Assembly (NCBI GenBank): GCA_934635385.1
Contig: CAKTZI010000020.1
Coordinates: 1,820 to 65,819 of the forward strand
Length of the DNA stretch: 64,000 bases
Direction of reading: 5' to 3'
DNA from: an uncultured Kiritimatiellota bacterium
Lineage (GTDB): Bacteria > Verrucomicrobiota > Kiritimatiellia > RFP12 > UBA1067
Positions 29,814 to 37,954 of the stretch are shown here, piece after piece (the stretch's first letter is position 1; every line of letters starts with the position of its first letter). Made by a program: the position numbers and the translations under genes. The notes beneath the pieces were generated by a model. It was not told the origin of the DNA. It made no database searches and saw nothing but the letters and a program-made list of their open reading frames with translations.

Positions 29814-30327
29814 GTGCCACGCTTCGCACAGAGGTATATGTAAGACCAGTGAAACTTGTCCGACTTTCGTGTCCGTGCCACGTGCGGCATTTGTACCCGT
29901 CGGCGCGGCGCAGCCGCCTCGCGCGCGACAGCCCGGAAACCAGGGCTTCAGCATGAAAAGATGATTTTTTCTCTGTGCGACAGCAGTCGCATTGGGCACG
30001 TCGTCCCGCCAGCTCGCGCTCGCGCGTCGGAACGGGAAGCTGCTCGCTCGGTCTCGTCGTTCGGGTTTGCGCTTCTCGCCGAAGACAACCGACCGACTTC
30101 AGCCTGCCGTGCCTCGGCGAGACCACGGGCTGCGGGCGAGACCTCTCCGACGCCAGCAAACCCTCGCTCCTCACTCGCGCCACTTCCCGCCCCTCCGCGC
30201 GCGACACCGCACCTTCGATCTTGTCACGCGGAGCCGCAGAGTCTTGGCTACATTGAGAAGCGCAGATCGTGGCCAAAAGTGCGACGAACTGCCAAGCAGT
30301 AAGCGAATTGTTTCTCCGCGCGGAGGC

Positions 30328-30360
30328 TCGGGAACACGGTCGTGTAGTTTTGTGGTATAA
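30328..30360 (+). promoter_or_regulatory. Second copy of the promoter-operator CGGGAACACGGTCGTGTAGTTTTGTGGTATAAT
   Basis: Near-identical to 15435-15470. Confidence 0.55.
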
Positions 30361-30427
30361 TTCGCGTGTTCCTTGGGCGGCAGCGATTCTGCCCTTGGAT
30401 GTCGTAATCAATTATGTCGTGCTTCGC

Positions 30428-30862
30428 ATGAGAGTCTATCTCGACAACTGCTGTTACAATCGTCCGTTTGATCCACAAACGGATTTGCGCATTTGTCTCG
30501 AAACGATGGCGAAGATGCGTGTGCAAGCCCTGATGAAAAGCGGTGCTGTTGAATATGCTTGGAGCGATGCCCTTGATTACGAACTCGGTCAAAGCCCGAA
30601 CTATCAAGAGCCTGACATGATTGCGCCGTGGAGAGATGGTGCCGTTGTTGATGTCGCGACAGACGATGAATTGATTGACCGCGCCGAAAAAATCCAGTCA
30701 TACGGCATCAAGGCTATGGATGCCATGCACATTGCAAGTGCAGAATCTGCTGGATGTGACTGGTTCCTGACGACCGACAAGGGAATTCTTAAGAAATTGA
30801 GAATGCTTGGCGAAATGCGTATCGCCAATCCGATTGATTTTGTCACGGAGGATGCAAGATGA
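30428..30862 (+). CDS. PIN-domain nuclease (VapC-like, MRVYLDNCCYNRPFD family)
   Basis: N-terminal MRVYLDNCCYNRPFDPQTD and C-terminal acidic residues DAMHIASAE. True start is internal to the ORF-track model. Confidence 0.7.
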   Translation: MRVYLDNCCYNRPFDPQTDLRICLETMAKMRVQALMKSGAVEYAWSDALDYELGQSPNYQEPDMIAPWRDGAVVDVATDDELIDRAEKIQSYGIKAMDAMHIASAESAGCDWFLTTDKGILKKLRMLGEMRIANPIDFVTEDAR

Positions 30863-31077
30863 CGATGATTCCCGATAATGAACTTCGGACATTGTGCTTT
30901 AATGTCCTTGTTGATCGCGTTGGCTATCTTGACACGGAGCGGTTTGTGGCTATGATAAGCCGTTCAACGGAAGACTACACGTCATGGCATCAACGCCATT
31001 TCGGCAACGGGGAATCGGCAAGGGCCCTTGGCGAGAAAATCAAGGCATTCGCCGCAACAAAGCGGCAATGTGTCTGA
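30859..31077 (+). CDS. Hypothetical 72-aa protein translationally coupled (ATGA) to the PIN gene; possible cognate antitoxin or regulator
   Basis: 4-nt overlap with the PIN gene stop. Confidence 0.35.
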   Translation: MTMIPDNELRTLCFNVLVDRVGYLDTERFVAMISRSTEDYTSWHQRHFGNGESARALGEKIKAFAATKRQCV

Positions 31078-31171
31078 CGCAATCTGATTTAAATTTTCAA
31101 AACTGCACCCCGAAAGGAACCCAAAATAACAGTTTAAGCGAGAGGCGGAAGTAACGCACCGCCAAACCAAG

Positions 31172-31332
31172 TCAATTTGCAACTGCAAAGCGATCGTCTC
31201 TGGAAACGTAGGAACTTTCGAGACTGACGACACTTAGCAGGGAACGCATATGCGTTTCCCTCCTTTTGTGTTTCAGTCAGGGCAATTCCTACGGCCTCCA
31301 GAGAAACATGAAAAGAGGGTTTCTTTTTGTGT
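31172..31332 (+). promoter_or_regulatory. Conserved structured 5' leader (copy B) upstream of the SPFH/zinc-ribbon operon
   Basis: See copy A. Terminator-like GAAAC...GTTTC + T5. Confidence 0.5.
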
Positions 31333-31423
31333 CCGATTGCCACGCGGCGAACCGGCACGGAAAGGAGGATGGCCCGTTCTCGATCCGTGAGACAAGTCAC
31401 AGGGCAGAAACAAGGAAAATTCG

Positions 31424-32578
31424 ATGGCACTGATCGAGACGTTGAAATGGGACGGCGCGCCAAACGTGTTCGCGTTCCGCTACCCCAATTGCGAGCTGAC
31501 GACCAAATCGCAGGTTGTCGTCTACGAATCGCAGGAGGCCGTGTTCGTCAAGGACGGCCAGTTCTTCGAGCCGCTGGGGCCCGGTCGCCATATCCTTGAC
31601 GCGAAGAACTTCCCCTTCCTCACGCAGCTGGTCACGGGCCTCGTGACGGGCGGCGAGTCGCCGTTCAGCGCCGAGGTGTGGTTCGTCAACAAGGCCATTC
31701 CGCTGGACATCAAGTGGGGCACGTCCGAGCCGATCCAGGTCGAGGACCCGAAGTACCACGTCATGATGCCCGTGCGGGCCTACGGGCAGTACGGGCTGCA
31801 GATCGTGGACACGCAGAGGTTTCTCGCGAAGCTTGTCGGGCGCGTCCCCGTCTTCGTGACGAAGACCCTGAGCGCCTACTTCAGGGGAATCGTCATCACG
31901 TCGGTCAAGGACCGCATCGCCACCTACTTGGTGAACGAGGCCGTCTCGGTGCTGCAGATGGGAAGCCGACTGACGGAGGTGTCGTCCTTCCTTCAGGACG
32001 AGCTGACGAAAGAGCTGCAGGACTACGGCGTCCGCGTGGCGTCCTTCAAGGTCAACTCCATCACGGCGGACGAGAGCGACCCCGCCGTGGCGCAGCTGAA
32101 GCGGGCGTTGGCCAAGAAAGCCGAGATGGAGATCGTCGGCTACACCTATCAGCAGGAGAAGTCGTTTGACGTGATGAGCCGGGCGGCGGGCAACGAAGGA
32201 GGCGGCGCCAGCGCGTCCGTCATGCAGACGGGCATGGGACTTGGACTGGGGATGGGGTTGGGCGCACCGCTTGGCGGCGCGGCGGCTGGCCTGGCGACGC
32301 ATCTCCAGCTGGACGGCGGCGAAAAGTCCGTCTGCGGCACATGCGGCGCAACGCTGCCGGCGGCGGCGCGCTTCTGCCCGAACTGCGGTACGGCGCGCGA
32401 GTCCCGCAAGGCAGAAGGCTGTCGGTGCGCGAGATGCGGGATCGAGTGGGCGAAGCCGTCGCGCTTCTGCCCCAACTGCGGACTGGAGATGACGCCCGAA
32501 AAGCGGACGTGCCCCGCGTGCCAGACGGAACTGCCTCCTTCGGCGAAGTTCTGTCCCAACTGCGGAAAGGAGGCGTGA
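31424..32578 (+). CDS. SPFH/band-7 domain protein with a Gly-rich linker and four C-terminal zinc ribbons
   Basis: N-terminal SPFH-like region (MALIETLKWDG..., ~250 aa). Linker MGLGLGMGLGAPLGGAAAGLA. Four CxxC-x10-17-CxxC ribbons (CGTCG...CPNCG, CARCG...CPNCG, CPACQ...CPNCG). Confidence 0.75.
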   Translation: MALIETLKWDGAPNVFAFRYPNCELTTKSQVVVYESQEAVFVKDGQFFEPLGPGRHILDAKNFPFLTQLVTGLVTGGESPFSAEVWFVNKAIPLDIKWGTSEPIQVEDPKYHVMMPVRAYGQYGLQIVDTQRFLAKLVGRVPVFVTKTLSAYFRGIVITSVKDRIATYLVNEAVSVLQMGSRLTEVSSFLQDELTKELQDYGVRVASFKVNSITADESDPAVAQLKRALAKKAEMEIVGYTYQQEKSFDVMSRAAGNEGGGASASVMQTGMGLGLGMGLGAPLGGAAAGLATHLQLDGGEKSVCGTCGATLPAAARFCPNCGTARESRKAEGCRCARCGIEWAKPSRFCPNCGLEMTPEKRTCPACQTELPPSAKFCPNCGKEA

Positions 32579-32580
32579 GC

Positions 32581-33033
32581 ATGTTCTACAAACGGAGCAT
32601 CTGGGCGATCGTCGCCCTCGCGATGGCGCTTGCCGCCGCCACGTTGTTTGTGGTCAGGGAGGCCCCCTACTCACGGAACTTCTGGTTGGAGCTGACACTG
32701 CTGATGGTCGCGCTCGCGGCCGCCGGATGGCAGGGGGCGTGTTCCGTCGACCATCCGGGCTCGTCGCTGCCGTTTCCGCTGGCGAGTCTGCGTCTCACGC
32801 TGCGGTATGCCGTCTTCGTCCTGCTCATGGGCGTCCCCGTCCTCCTCGACATCAACATCCGGTTCAAGTACTATGCCCTGGCGCACGGCTTCGGACTGGG
32901 GCTTTGGCTGGCCGCGCTCATCGCCCTGCGGATGGGGACGCATGCGGTCGACGAGCAGGATGCATCAGACCGTCAGCGGACAAAGGCGCAGCGCGAACAT
33001 TCGATAGATTCATCACCAGAATATTGTAATTAA
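32581..33033 (+). CDS. Four-TM membrane protein, hypothetical
   Basis: Starts 3 nt after the SPFH gene stop. Hydrophobic helices. Confidence 0.45.
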   Translation: MFYKRSIWAIVALAMALAAATLFVVREAPYSRNFWLELTLLMVALAAAGWQGACSVDHPGSSLPFPLASLRLTLRYAVFVLLMGVPVLLDINIRFKYYALAHGFGLGLWLAALIALRMGTHAVDEQDASDRQRTKAQREHSIDSSPEYCN

Positions 33034-33077
33034 CTCCGATGATTATGGCTCTCGCGCGGCCTACGGCTCGGAGTTAA
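33029..33077. repeat. Hairpin repeat ttaactccgaTGATTATGGCTCTCGCGCGGCCTACGGCtcggagttaa
   Basis: Same family as 455-615 and 27757-27792. Confidence 0.55.
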
Positions 33078-33135
33078 ATTACCATTAGAAGGAATCACTA
33101 AATTACCGAAACAATAACTCATAAAGGCGAATCAC

Positions 33136-34062
33136 ATGAAGTGCGAATACTGCGAGAACGAAATCCCCGGATCAACAGCCAACTTCTGCCCTTTCTGCGG
33201 GGCGAAGGTTGAATGTGAGACGAAGGTTGAAATGCCGCCAGCAGCCCCCGTGGAGACATCTTGGCTGAAAGGCATGTCTTGTGGTGGCGTCAGCGTGCGG
33301 TGTGGCGACGCCAAGGAAAAGACGGAGGCCCTTGTCGGTTCTGACGATTCCGATACGTCACAGGAGGAAGAGATCCGCGCGTATATCCGCGACAAACGCC
33401 AATGCGGTTGGTTTGAAAGCGTCGATGTCGTCGCATACGGCTTTGTCCCGAATTCGGGTGAGACGGTCTATGCCCTTATTCCGAACGTGATGCTGAACGA
33501 GACGAGGAGCATCCGACGGTCACACACCGCCAAGTCCGGTTCCAGCAGTTACGACTACGAAGGGCAGTCCGAAAGCAAGACTTATTACGAGTTTCAGGAG
33601 GTGACGCGCGGACGGCTGTTCCTGACGAGCAAGCGAATCGTCTTCACGGGCGGACAGCAAGTGCGCAACATCCTATTTACCGATATCGTGTCCTTTGAGT
33701 CGGACTGGCAGGCAGACGAAGGCGCCCTGCAGATTTCGTCGTCCAAAAGAACGAAAACCATGCGTTTTACAGGGGCGAGCGTCTTTCTTTTCACAACGCT
33801 GTATCAGGCACTCCGCAACGAGAGATTCCGTGCGCTTCTGGAGTCGGGGCCAGAGGATGAACTGGTCGAAAAGTTCAAGGAGATGGGACTGTTCAAGCCG
33901 AAGCCAAAGCCACAACCTCTGCCTAAACCCAAACCGGTTCAAAAGACGCCGCAGAATGACGGGGACGGTTGCGGTATTGGCTGTTTTGTATTGTTCATTT
34001 TCGGAGCTATTTTTGCACTGATTTTAATTTACGAGATCTATCAGATGGGAACATCTAACTGA
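33136..34062 (+). CDS. Zinc-ribbon + bacterial PH-like domain + C-terminal TM anchor protein
   Basis: MKCEYCENEIPGSTANFCPFCG, a PH/GRAM-like segment LFLTSKRIVFTGGQQVRNILFTDIVSF, a KPKPKPQPLPKPKP linker and a C-terminal TM helix. Confidence 0.5.
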   Translation: MKCEYCENEIPGSTANFCPFCGAKVECETKVEMPPAAPVETSWLKGMSCGGVSVRCGDAKEKTEALVGSDDSDTSQEEEIRAYIRDKRQCGWFESVDVVAYGFVPNSGETVYALIPNVMLNETRSIRRSHTAKSGSSSYDYEGQSESKTYYEFQEVTRGRLFLTSKRIVFTGGQQVRNILFTDIVSFESDWQADEGALQISSSKRTKTMRFTGASVFLFTTLYQALRNERFRALLESGPEDELVEKFKEMGLFKPKPKPQPLPKPKPVQKTPQNDGDGCGIGCFVLFIFGAIFALILIYEIYQMGTSN

Positions 34063-34067
34063 ATGGA

Positions 34068-34712
34068 ATGACTATGGACTTGCCCTCTTACACACGCGGA
34101 AAAACGACGTATTACGACACGGCGGGGCTCTCGATCAGTGAGAGTATGGCAGTTGCCTTTCAGGCCGGCTTAAAAGGGAAAGGCTTCGAAGTCTTTGATT
34201 CAACCCAGATGGACTGCCCGAAATGGGTAGAGCAGATGGTGCTGGCGCGGCGACATCGAGAGGCGAAAGCGAACGAGTTTGCCCGTGCAAGGCAAACGTC
34301 GCAGGAGGATCTCTTCAAGCCAAAGATGCTCAGGATTGATTCTGAGCCGTCGCCGCAACGAGAGGCCACAGCCCCTGCGACGCCGCCGTGGACATGCGAA
34401 TATTGCGGTAAATCGAATGACGCGCAAGAGTCCGCTTGCCGTGGATGCGGCGCGCCGAATCCGCACGGCGAAACGTCAGCCGTTGCACCGAAGAAGGTTG
34501 ACGTCTTCATGGATGCGGTGGTCTCGTCCGTCATCGCCGCCATCGGCTATGACGAGTACGCGAAGCGACTCGTCGTGCGCTTCAAGTCCGGCGCGGCCTA
34601 CGAGTACCTGAACATCCCGAAATCGCTTTACGCCGAACTGATGGCGTCCGAGGCGAAAGGCAAGTTCTATTCAGCGAACATTCGCGGCAAGTTCGACGGA
34701 CGAAAGCTCTAA
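34068..34712 (+). CDS. RanBP2-type zinc-ribbon + KTSC-domain protein
   Basis: WTCEYCGKSNDAQESACRGCGAP, and a C-terminal KTSC-like IGYDEYAKRLVVRFKSGAAYEYLNIPKSLYAELMASEAKGKFYSANIRGKF. Confidence 0.6.
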   Translation: MTMDLPSYTRGKTTYYDTAGLSISESMAVAFQAGLKGKGFEVFDSTQMDCPKWVEQMVLARRHREAKANEFARARQTSQEDLFKPKMLRIDSEPSPQREATAPATPPWTCEYCGKSNDAQESACRGCGAPNPHGETSAVAPKKVDVFMDAVVSSVIAAIGYDEYAKRLVVRFKSGAAYEYLNIPKSLYAELMASEAKGKFYSANIRGKFDGRKL

Positions 34713-34728
34713 TCCCAAAAGAAGCTTC

Positions 34729-35184
34729 TTACGCCAAACTCTTCAGCAGCGCCGCGCACCCTTCGGCAACATCGTCGTAAGTCGCGTCGAAATTGCCGGT
34801 GTACCACGGGTCGGCGATGTCGCGCGCCTTCCCGGCGAACTCCAGCAGCCGGTGAATCTTCGGACGATCCTCCGGGTAGACGAGCCGCTTCAAGTCCGCG
34901 ATGTTGTAGGCGTCCATTCCGATGAGGAGGTCGTATTCGCGCGCCTTCGCCGCCGTCAGGAGCCACGCCGCGCGCGGCGCAAAGTGAATGCCCTGCTCGC
35001 GCAGCTTGGCGCGTGTGCCCGGATGGATGTCGTTGCCGATCTCGTCCGTATGCAGCGCGGCGGATTCGATTTCGATGTCCGTACGCCCCGCGCGGCGCAC
35101 GAGGTCTTTCATGACGAACTCCGCCATCGGCGAGCGGCAGATGTTCCCGTGGCAAAGGAAGAGGATTTTCAAAGATGGCTTCAT
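34729..35184 (-). CDS. Low-molecular-weight protein-tyrosine phosphatase
   Basis: P-loop LFLCHGNICRSPMAE and a DPWY motif. Confidence 0.85.
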   Translation of the reverse strand: MKPSLKILFLCHGNICRSPMAEFVMKDLVRRAGRTDIEIESAALHTDEIGNDIHPGTRAKLREQGIHFAPRAAWLLTAAKAREYDLLIGMDAYNIADLKRLVYPEDRPKIHRLLEFAGKARDIADPWYTGNFDATYDDVAEGCAALLKSLA

Positions 35185-35245
35185 CGTCCATATTATACCA
35201 CAATCGAACGCCCGCCCATCGTGACGGGCGGGCGTTCGTCGTCTG

Positions 35246-35839
35246 TCAGGCCTTGTAGCCGCACTTCGGGCAGACGCCGTTCTTGAGGGCGATGCCGCAG
35301 AGCGGACAGCGGTCGAGCGACAGGCGGGACGGGAACGACGCCGTCGCCGCGTTGACGCCGCTCGTGAAGGTGATCTTCACGATGTTGAGCTTGTCCTTCA
35401 GAAGCTCGTACACCATCTTGATGAACCCTTCGACGGTCATCGTCTCCTTCGTGACGACAAGTCGGCATTCGGGATAGGCGGTGCAGAGCTCCGTCTTGAA
35501 CGCGGGCCCTTTCATCGTGTTCGTCGGCGTCCCGTTGCGGATGCCCTCCTTTTCGTAGACGGCGAGCACGGCCGGCAGAAGCGGATCGTCCTCGCGCAAG
35601 ACGAGCGCGTGGTCGAAGTTCTTGAGAACCTCCCAGGCCGTCTTCTGGATCTCGTTGCAGGGGAAGACCATGTTGACGCCGGGATTGACCGAATCCTCGA
35701 CCTCGATGGTCAGTCCGCCGGTGTGCCCGTGCAAGTATCGGGCCTCGCCCCTGAATCCGTAGAAGCGGTGTGCATACTGGATGTCGAGGTGCGCGACGGA
35801 GCGGATGGTGGTGCAGGTGCAGTTCTTGTTCGTGTTCAT
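35246..35839 (-). CDS. 6-pyruvoyl-tetrahydropterin synthase/QueD-like protein with C-terminal zinc ribbon (start at MNTNKN)
   Basis: RFYGFRGEARYLHGHTGGL, a CxxxHGH-type zinc site. C-terminal CPLCG...CPKCG. Confidence 0.65.
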   Translation of the reverse strand: MNTNKNCTCTTIRSVAHLDIQYAHRFYGFRGEARYLHGHTGGLTIEVEDSVNPGVNMVFPCNEIQKTAWEVLKNFDHALVLREDDPLLPAVLAVYEKEGIRNGTPTNTMKGPAFKTELCTAYPECRLVVTKETMTVEGFIKMVYELLKDKLNIVKITFTSGVNAATASFPSRLSLDRCPLCGIALKNGVCPKCGYKA

Positions 35840-35972
35840 GAGCGTGTTCCTTTCTGTGTTTTGGGTTAAGCCGGGAGAGACGTTCGCCCGATGCCGCACA
35901 GAATACACTATTGCCCACGCACCTGTCCGTTGTAATTACAACAGGATCTCACCAAGATTTTAGGGAACGACA

Positions 35973-37292
35973 CTAAAGCTCACCGAGAATCCGCGCACGC
36001 GCCGCCCTGTATTCGCGGGCGGTGATGCTCTTGGCCGCGCGTAGCTCGTCCAGCTCCTTCAGACGCGCCCCCGCGCTGCGCGGCGCGCCCCCCGCCGGCG
36101 CGGTCGGACATTCGCCGCCTGCGCCGCCGCCTCCGAACGCAGGGATCGCCGCGACGGCCCGGCGAAGCCCTGCCACGTCCTCGTGATAGTAGTGGCGCGT
36201 CATGGCCGTCGACTCGTGTCCGACGATGGACTGCACGAAGTGGAGCGGGACGCCCGCGTTCGCCGCGAACGAGACGAACGTGTGCCGCAGCGAGTGGAAC
36301 GTCGCCTCCGGCGTTCTGTGCCGGCGTCCCTCGATCTTCACGCTCGTCGTGATGTTCGCCGCCCGGAAGATGCGCGCGAGCTCGTCGCTCACCTTGCTGC
36401 GCGACTGCTGATAGAGCGCGCAGACCTGCGGCAGCACGGGCCCCGACAGGACATTCGGCACGGGAGACTGCGCGTCCGTCGGGCCGGCGGCGACACCGCC
36501 GCACGCGAGCAGGGCCGCGCCGAGCGTCGGATGGATCGGGATCGTCACGGGCCGTCCGTGCGCATGGCATCTCGTCTTCTGCGGCACGACCTGAATGACG
36601 CCCGCACCGAGATGGACGTCCGCCCAGTCAAGACGGCAGCAGTCGCCAAGGCGCAGCCCCGTGTAGATGCCAATCAGGAAGAGCGTGTGCCATTCGTGGA
36701 AGGGATGCGGGGAGGGGGAATGGACGGCGTCATCCTTCTTTCGCGCGGCCGCGAGAAGCCGCTTCAGCTCGTCGACCGTCAGCTCGCGGCGGCTGTGGCT
36801 GTCGTCGGGACGCAGCCGGACGCCCTCCCACGGGTCGTCCGCGAGCCCGGCCTTGGCCGCCAGCGTCCGGAAGATCTCGCGCAGAACGCAGACGCGGTTG
36901 TTGTAGGTCGTGCCGCAGAGGTCGGCGCGAAGGCAGGCGAGGTATTCGGCGATCATGTCCGCCGTCACGCCGCCCAGGTCCTTGACCGGCAAGTAGAAAT
37001 GCTCCATCCATCTGGCGAAGTGCATCCAGACGTGCCGCTTGCCGTCGAGCGTGGCCTTGGCGAGCTCGTTGCGGTTCGGCGACCTGACGTATTCGAGCCA
37101 CACGTCCGCCAGCGGCAGGCGCCGCTCGCCGAGTCCGAAGGGGGAGAGAAAACGCTGCAGGACGCGCTCGGCCTGGTCGCGATCCTTCGTCCGCGTCGAC
37201 CGGCAGTACCGCTTGCCGTTGATTCCAACCCGCATCGTCCAGCGTCCGCTCTTCTCGCGCTGGAGGTTGCCCATGCCCTTCTCTCGTGCCAT
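35973..37292 (-). CDS. Tyrosine site-specific recombinase/integrase with SHOCT-like C-terminal tail
   Basis: Catalytic region HSLRHTFVSFAANAGVPLHFVQSIVGHESTAMTRHYYH (the R..H..R..Y arrangement). The tail KELDELRAAKSITAREYRAARARILGE is SHOCT-like. No tRNA was found adjacent. Confidence 0.85.
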   Translation of the reverse strand: MAREKGMGNLQREKSGRWTMRVGINGKRYCRSTRTKDRDQAERVLQRFLSPFGLGERRLPLADVWLEYVRSPNRNELAKATLDGKRHVWMHFARWMEHFYLPVKDLGGVTADMIAEYLACLRADLCGTTYNNRVCVLREIFRTLAAKAGLADDPWEGVRLRPDDSHSRRELTVDELKRLLAAARKKDDAVHSPSPHPFHEWHTLFLIGIYTGLRLGDCCRLDWADVHLGAGVIQVVPQKTRCHAHGRPVTIPIHPTLGAALLACGGVAAGPTDAQSPVPNVLSGPVLPQVCALYQQSRSKVSDELARIFRAANITTSVKIEGRRHRTPEATFHSLRHTFVSFAANAGVPLHFVQSIVGHESTAMTRHYYHEDVAGLRRAVAAIPAFGGGGAGGECPTAPAGGAPRSAGARLKELDELRAAKSITAREYRAARARILGEL

Positions 37293-37406
37293 TTCTTGCT
37301 CCTTTGAAGAGTTGAACGTTACGCCTTGGCTGAAATGGCAGGATTTATTTTAGCGGCTGATCTCAGCCCCTTCACCGCGGCAGCAGATGGCCGAGACAGA
37401 CATTCG

Positions 37407-37940
37407 TCATGAGACGCCGCCTTTTACCACGAACCGCCATTTGCGGCGTTGATCGCGCGCAGAGGCGTAGGCGATGCCGATGCGCGGCGTGCGCACGTAT
37501 TTCGGTGTGTAGCCGTCGTCCTCCAGCCAGAGGTCGGTCGAATCCGCAAAGCGCACACGGTTGAACGCGCGCGTGACGTGCAGGAGCTTCGTCAGCTTGC
37601 CGGGGCCGTCCGCACCCTCCACGCCGCGAATCAACACCGCTTCGGGATGATCCTTCGGACCCGTCACGACGTTGAGCAGCTCGTGCATGCCGTAGCACAG
37701 GTAGACGTAGGCGCAGCCGCCCGCCTCATACAGGACATCCGTTCGCGGCGTTCGCCCCCGGTGTGCATGGCAGGCCGTGTCCTCCTCGCCGAAGTAGGCT
37801 TCCGTCTCCGTGATGCGCCTCCGCAGAACCGTCCCGTCCGCCAGACGGCGGCAGAGGAATCTTCCGAGCAGGCGCGGCGCCAGCGCAATCGCATCGGCAG
37901 AGAAGTCCGTCAGGCGACTGGGAACTGAAAGCGATTTCAT
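37407..37940 (-). CDS. DNA-3-methyladenine glycosylase (Mpg/AAG family), start at MKSLSVPSRL
   Basis: ITETEAYFGEEDTACHA, YVYLCYGMH and LRGVEGADGPGKL motifs. The ORF-track N-terminal 148 aa is spurious. Confidence 0.8.
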   Translation of the reverse strand: MKSLSVPSRLTDFSADAIALAPRLLGRFLCRRLADGTVLRRRITETEAYFGEEDTACHAHRGRTPRTDVLYEAGGCAYVYLCYGMHELLNVVTGPKDHPEAVLIRGVEGADGPGKLTKLLHVTRAFNRVRFADSTDLWLEDDGYTPKYVRTPRIGIAYASARDQRRKWRFVVKGGVS

Positions 37941-37954
37941 AAGCGGCAGAGAAA

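Noticed and set aside
27987-29999. 670-aa minus-strand ORF
   Set aside because: Only the C-terminal 289 aa (from the Tat signal MNVTRRQML, with RBS) is protein-like. The upstream part is out-of-frame sequence antisense to the AraC gene.
31397-32302. 301-aa minus-strand ORF
   Set aside because: Antisense to the SPFH gene.
35193-35918. 241-aa minus-strand ORF
   Set aside because: Alternative frame of the QueD-like gene. Arg/Gly-rich.
35920-37460. Searched for a tRNA gene as integrase attachment target
   Set aside because: No cloverleaf-compatible sequence was recognised by eye next to the integrase. Only the inverted 24-nt box and a TTGTAATTACAA palindrome were found. A tRNAscan run would be needed to be sure.
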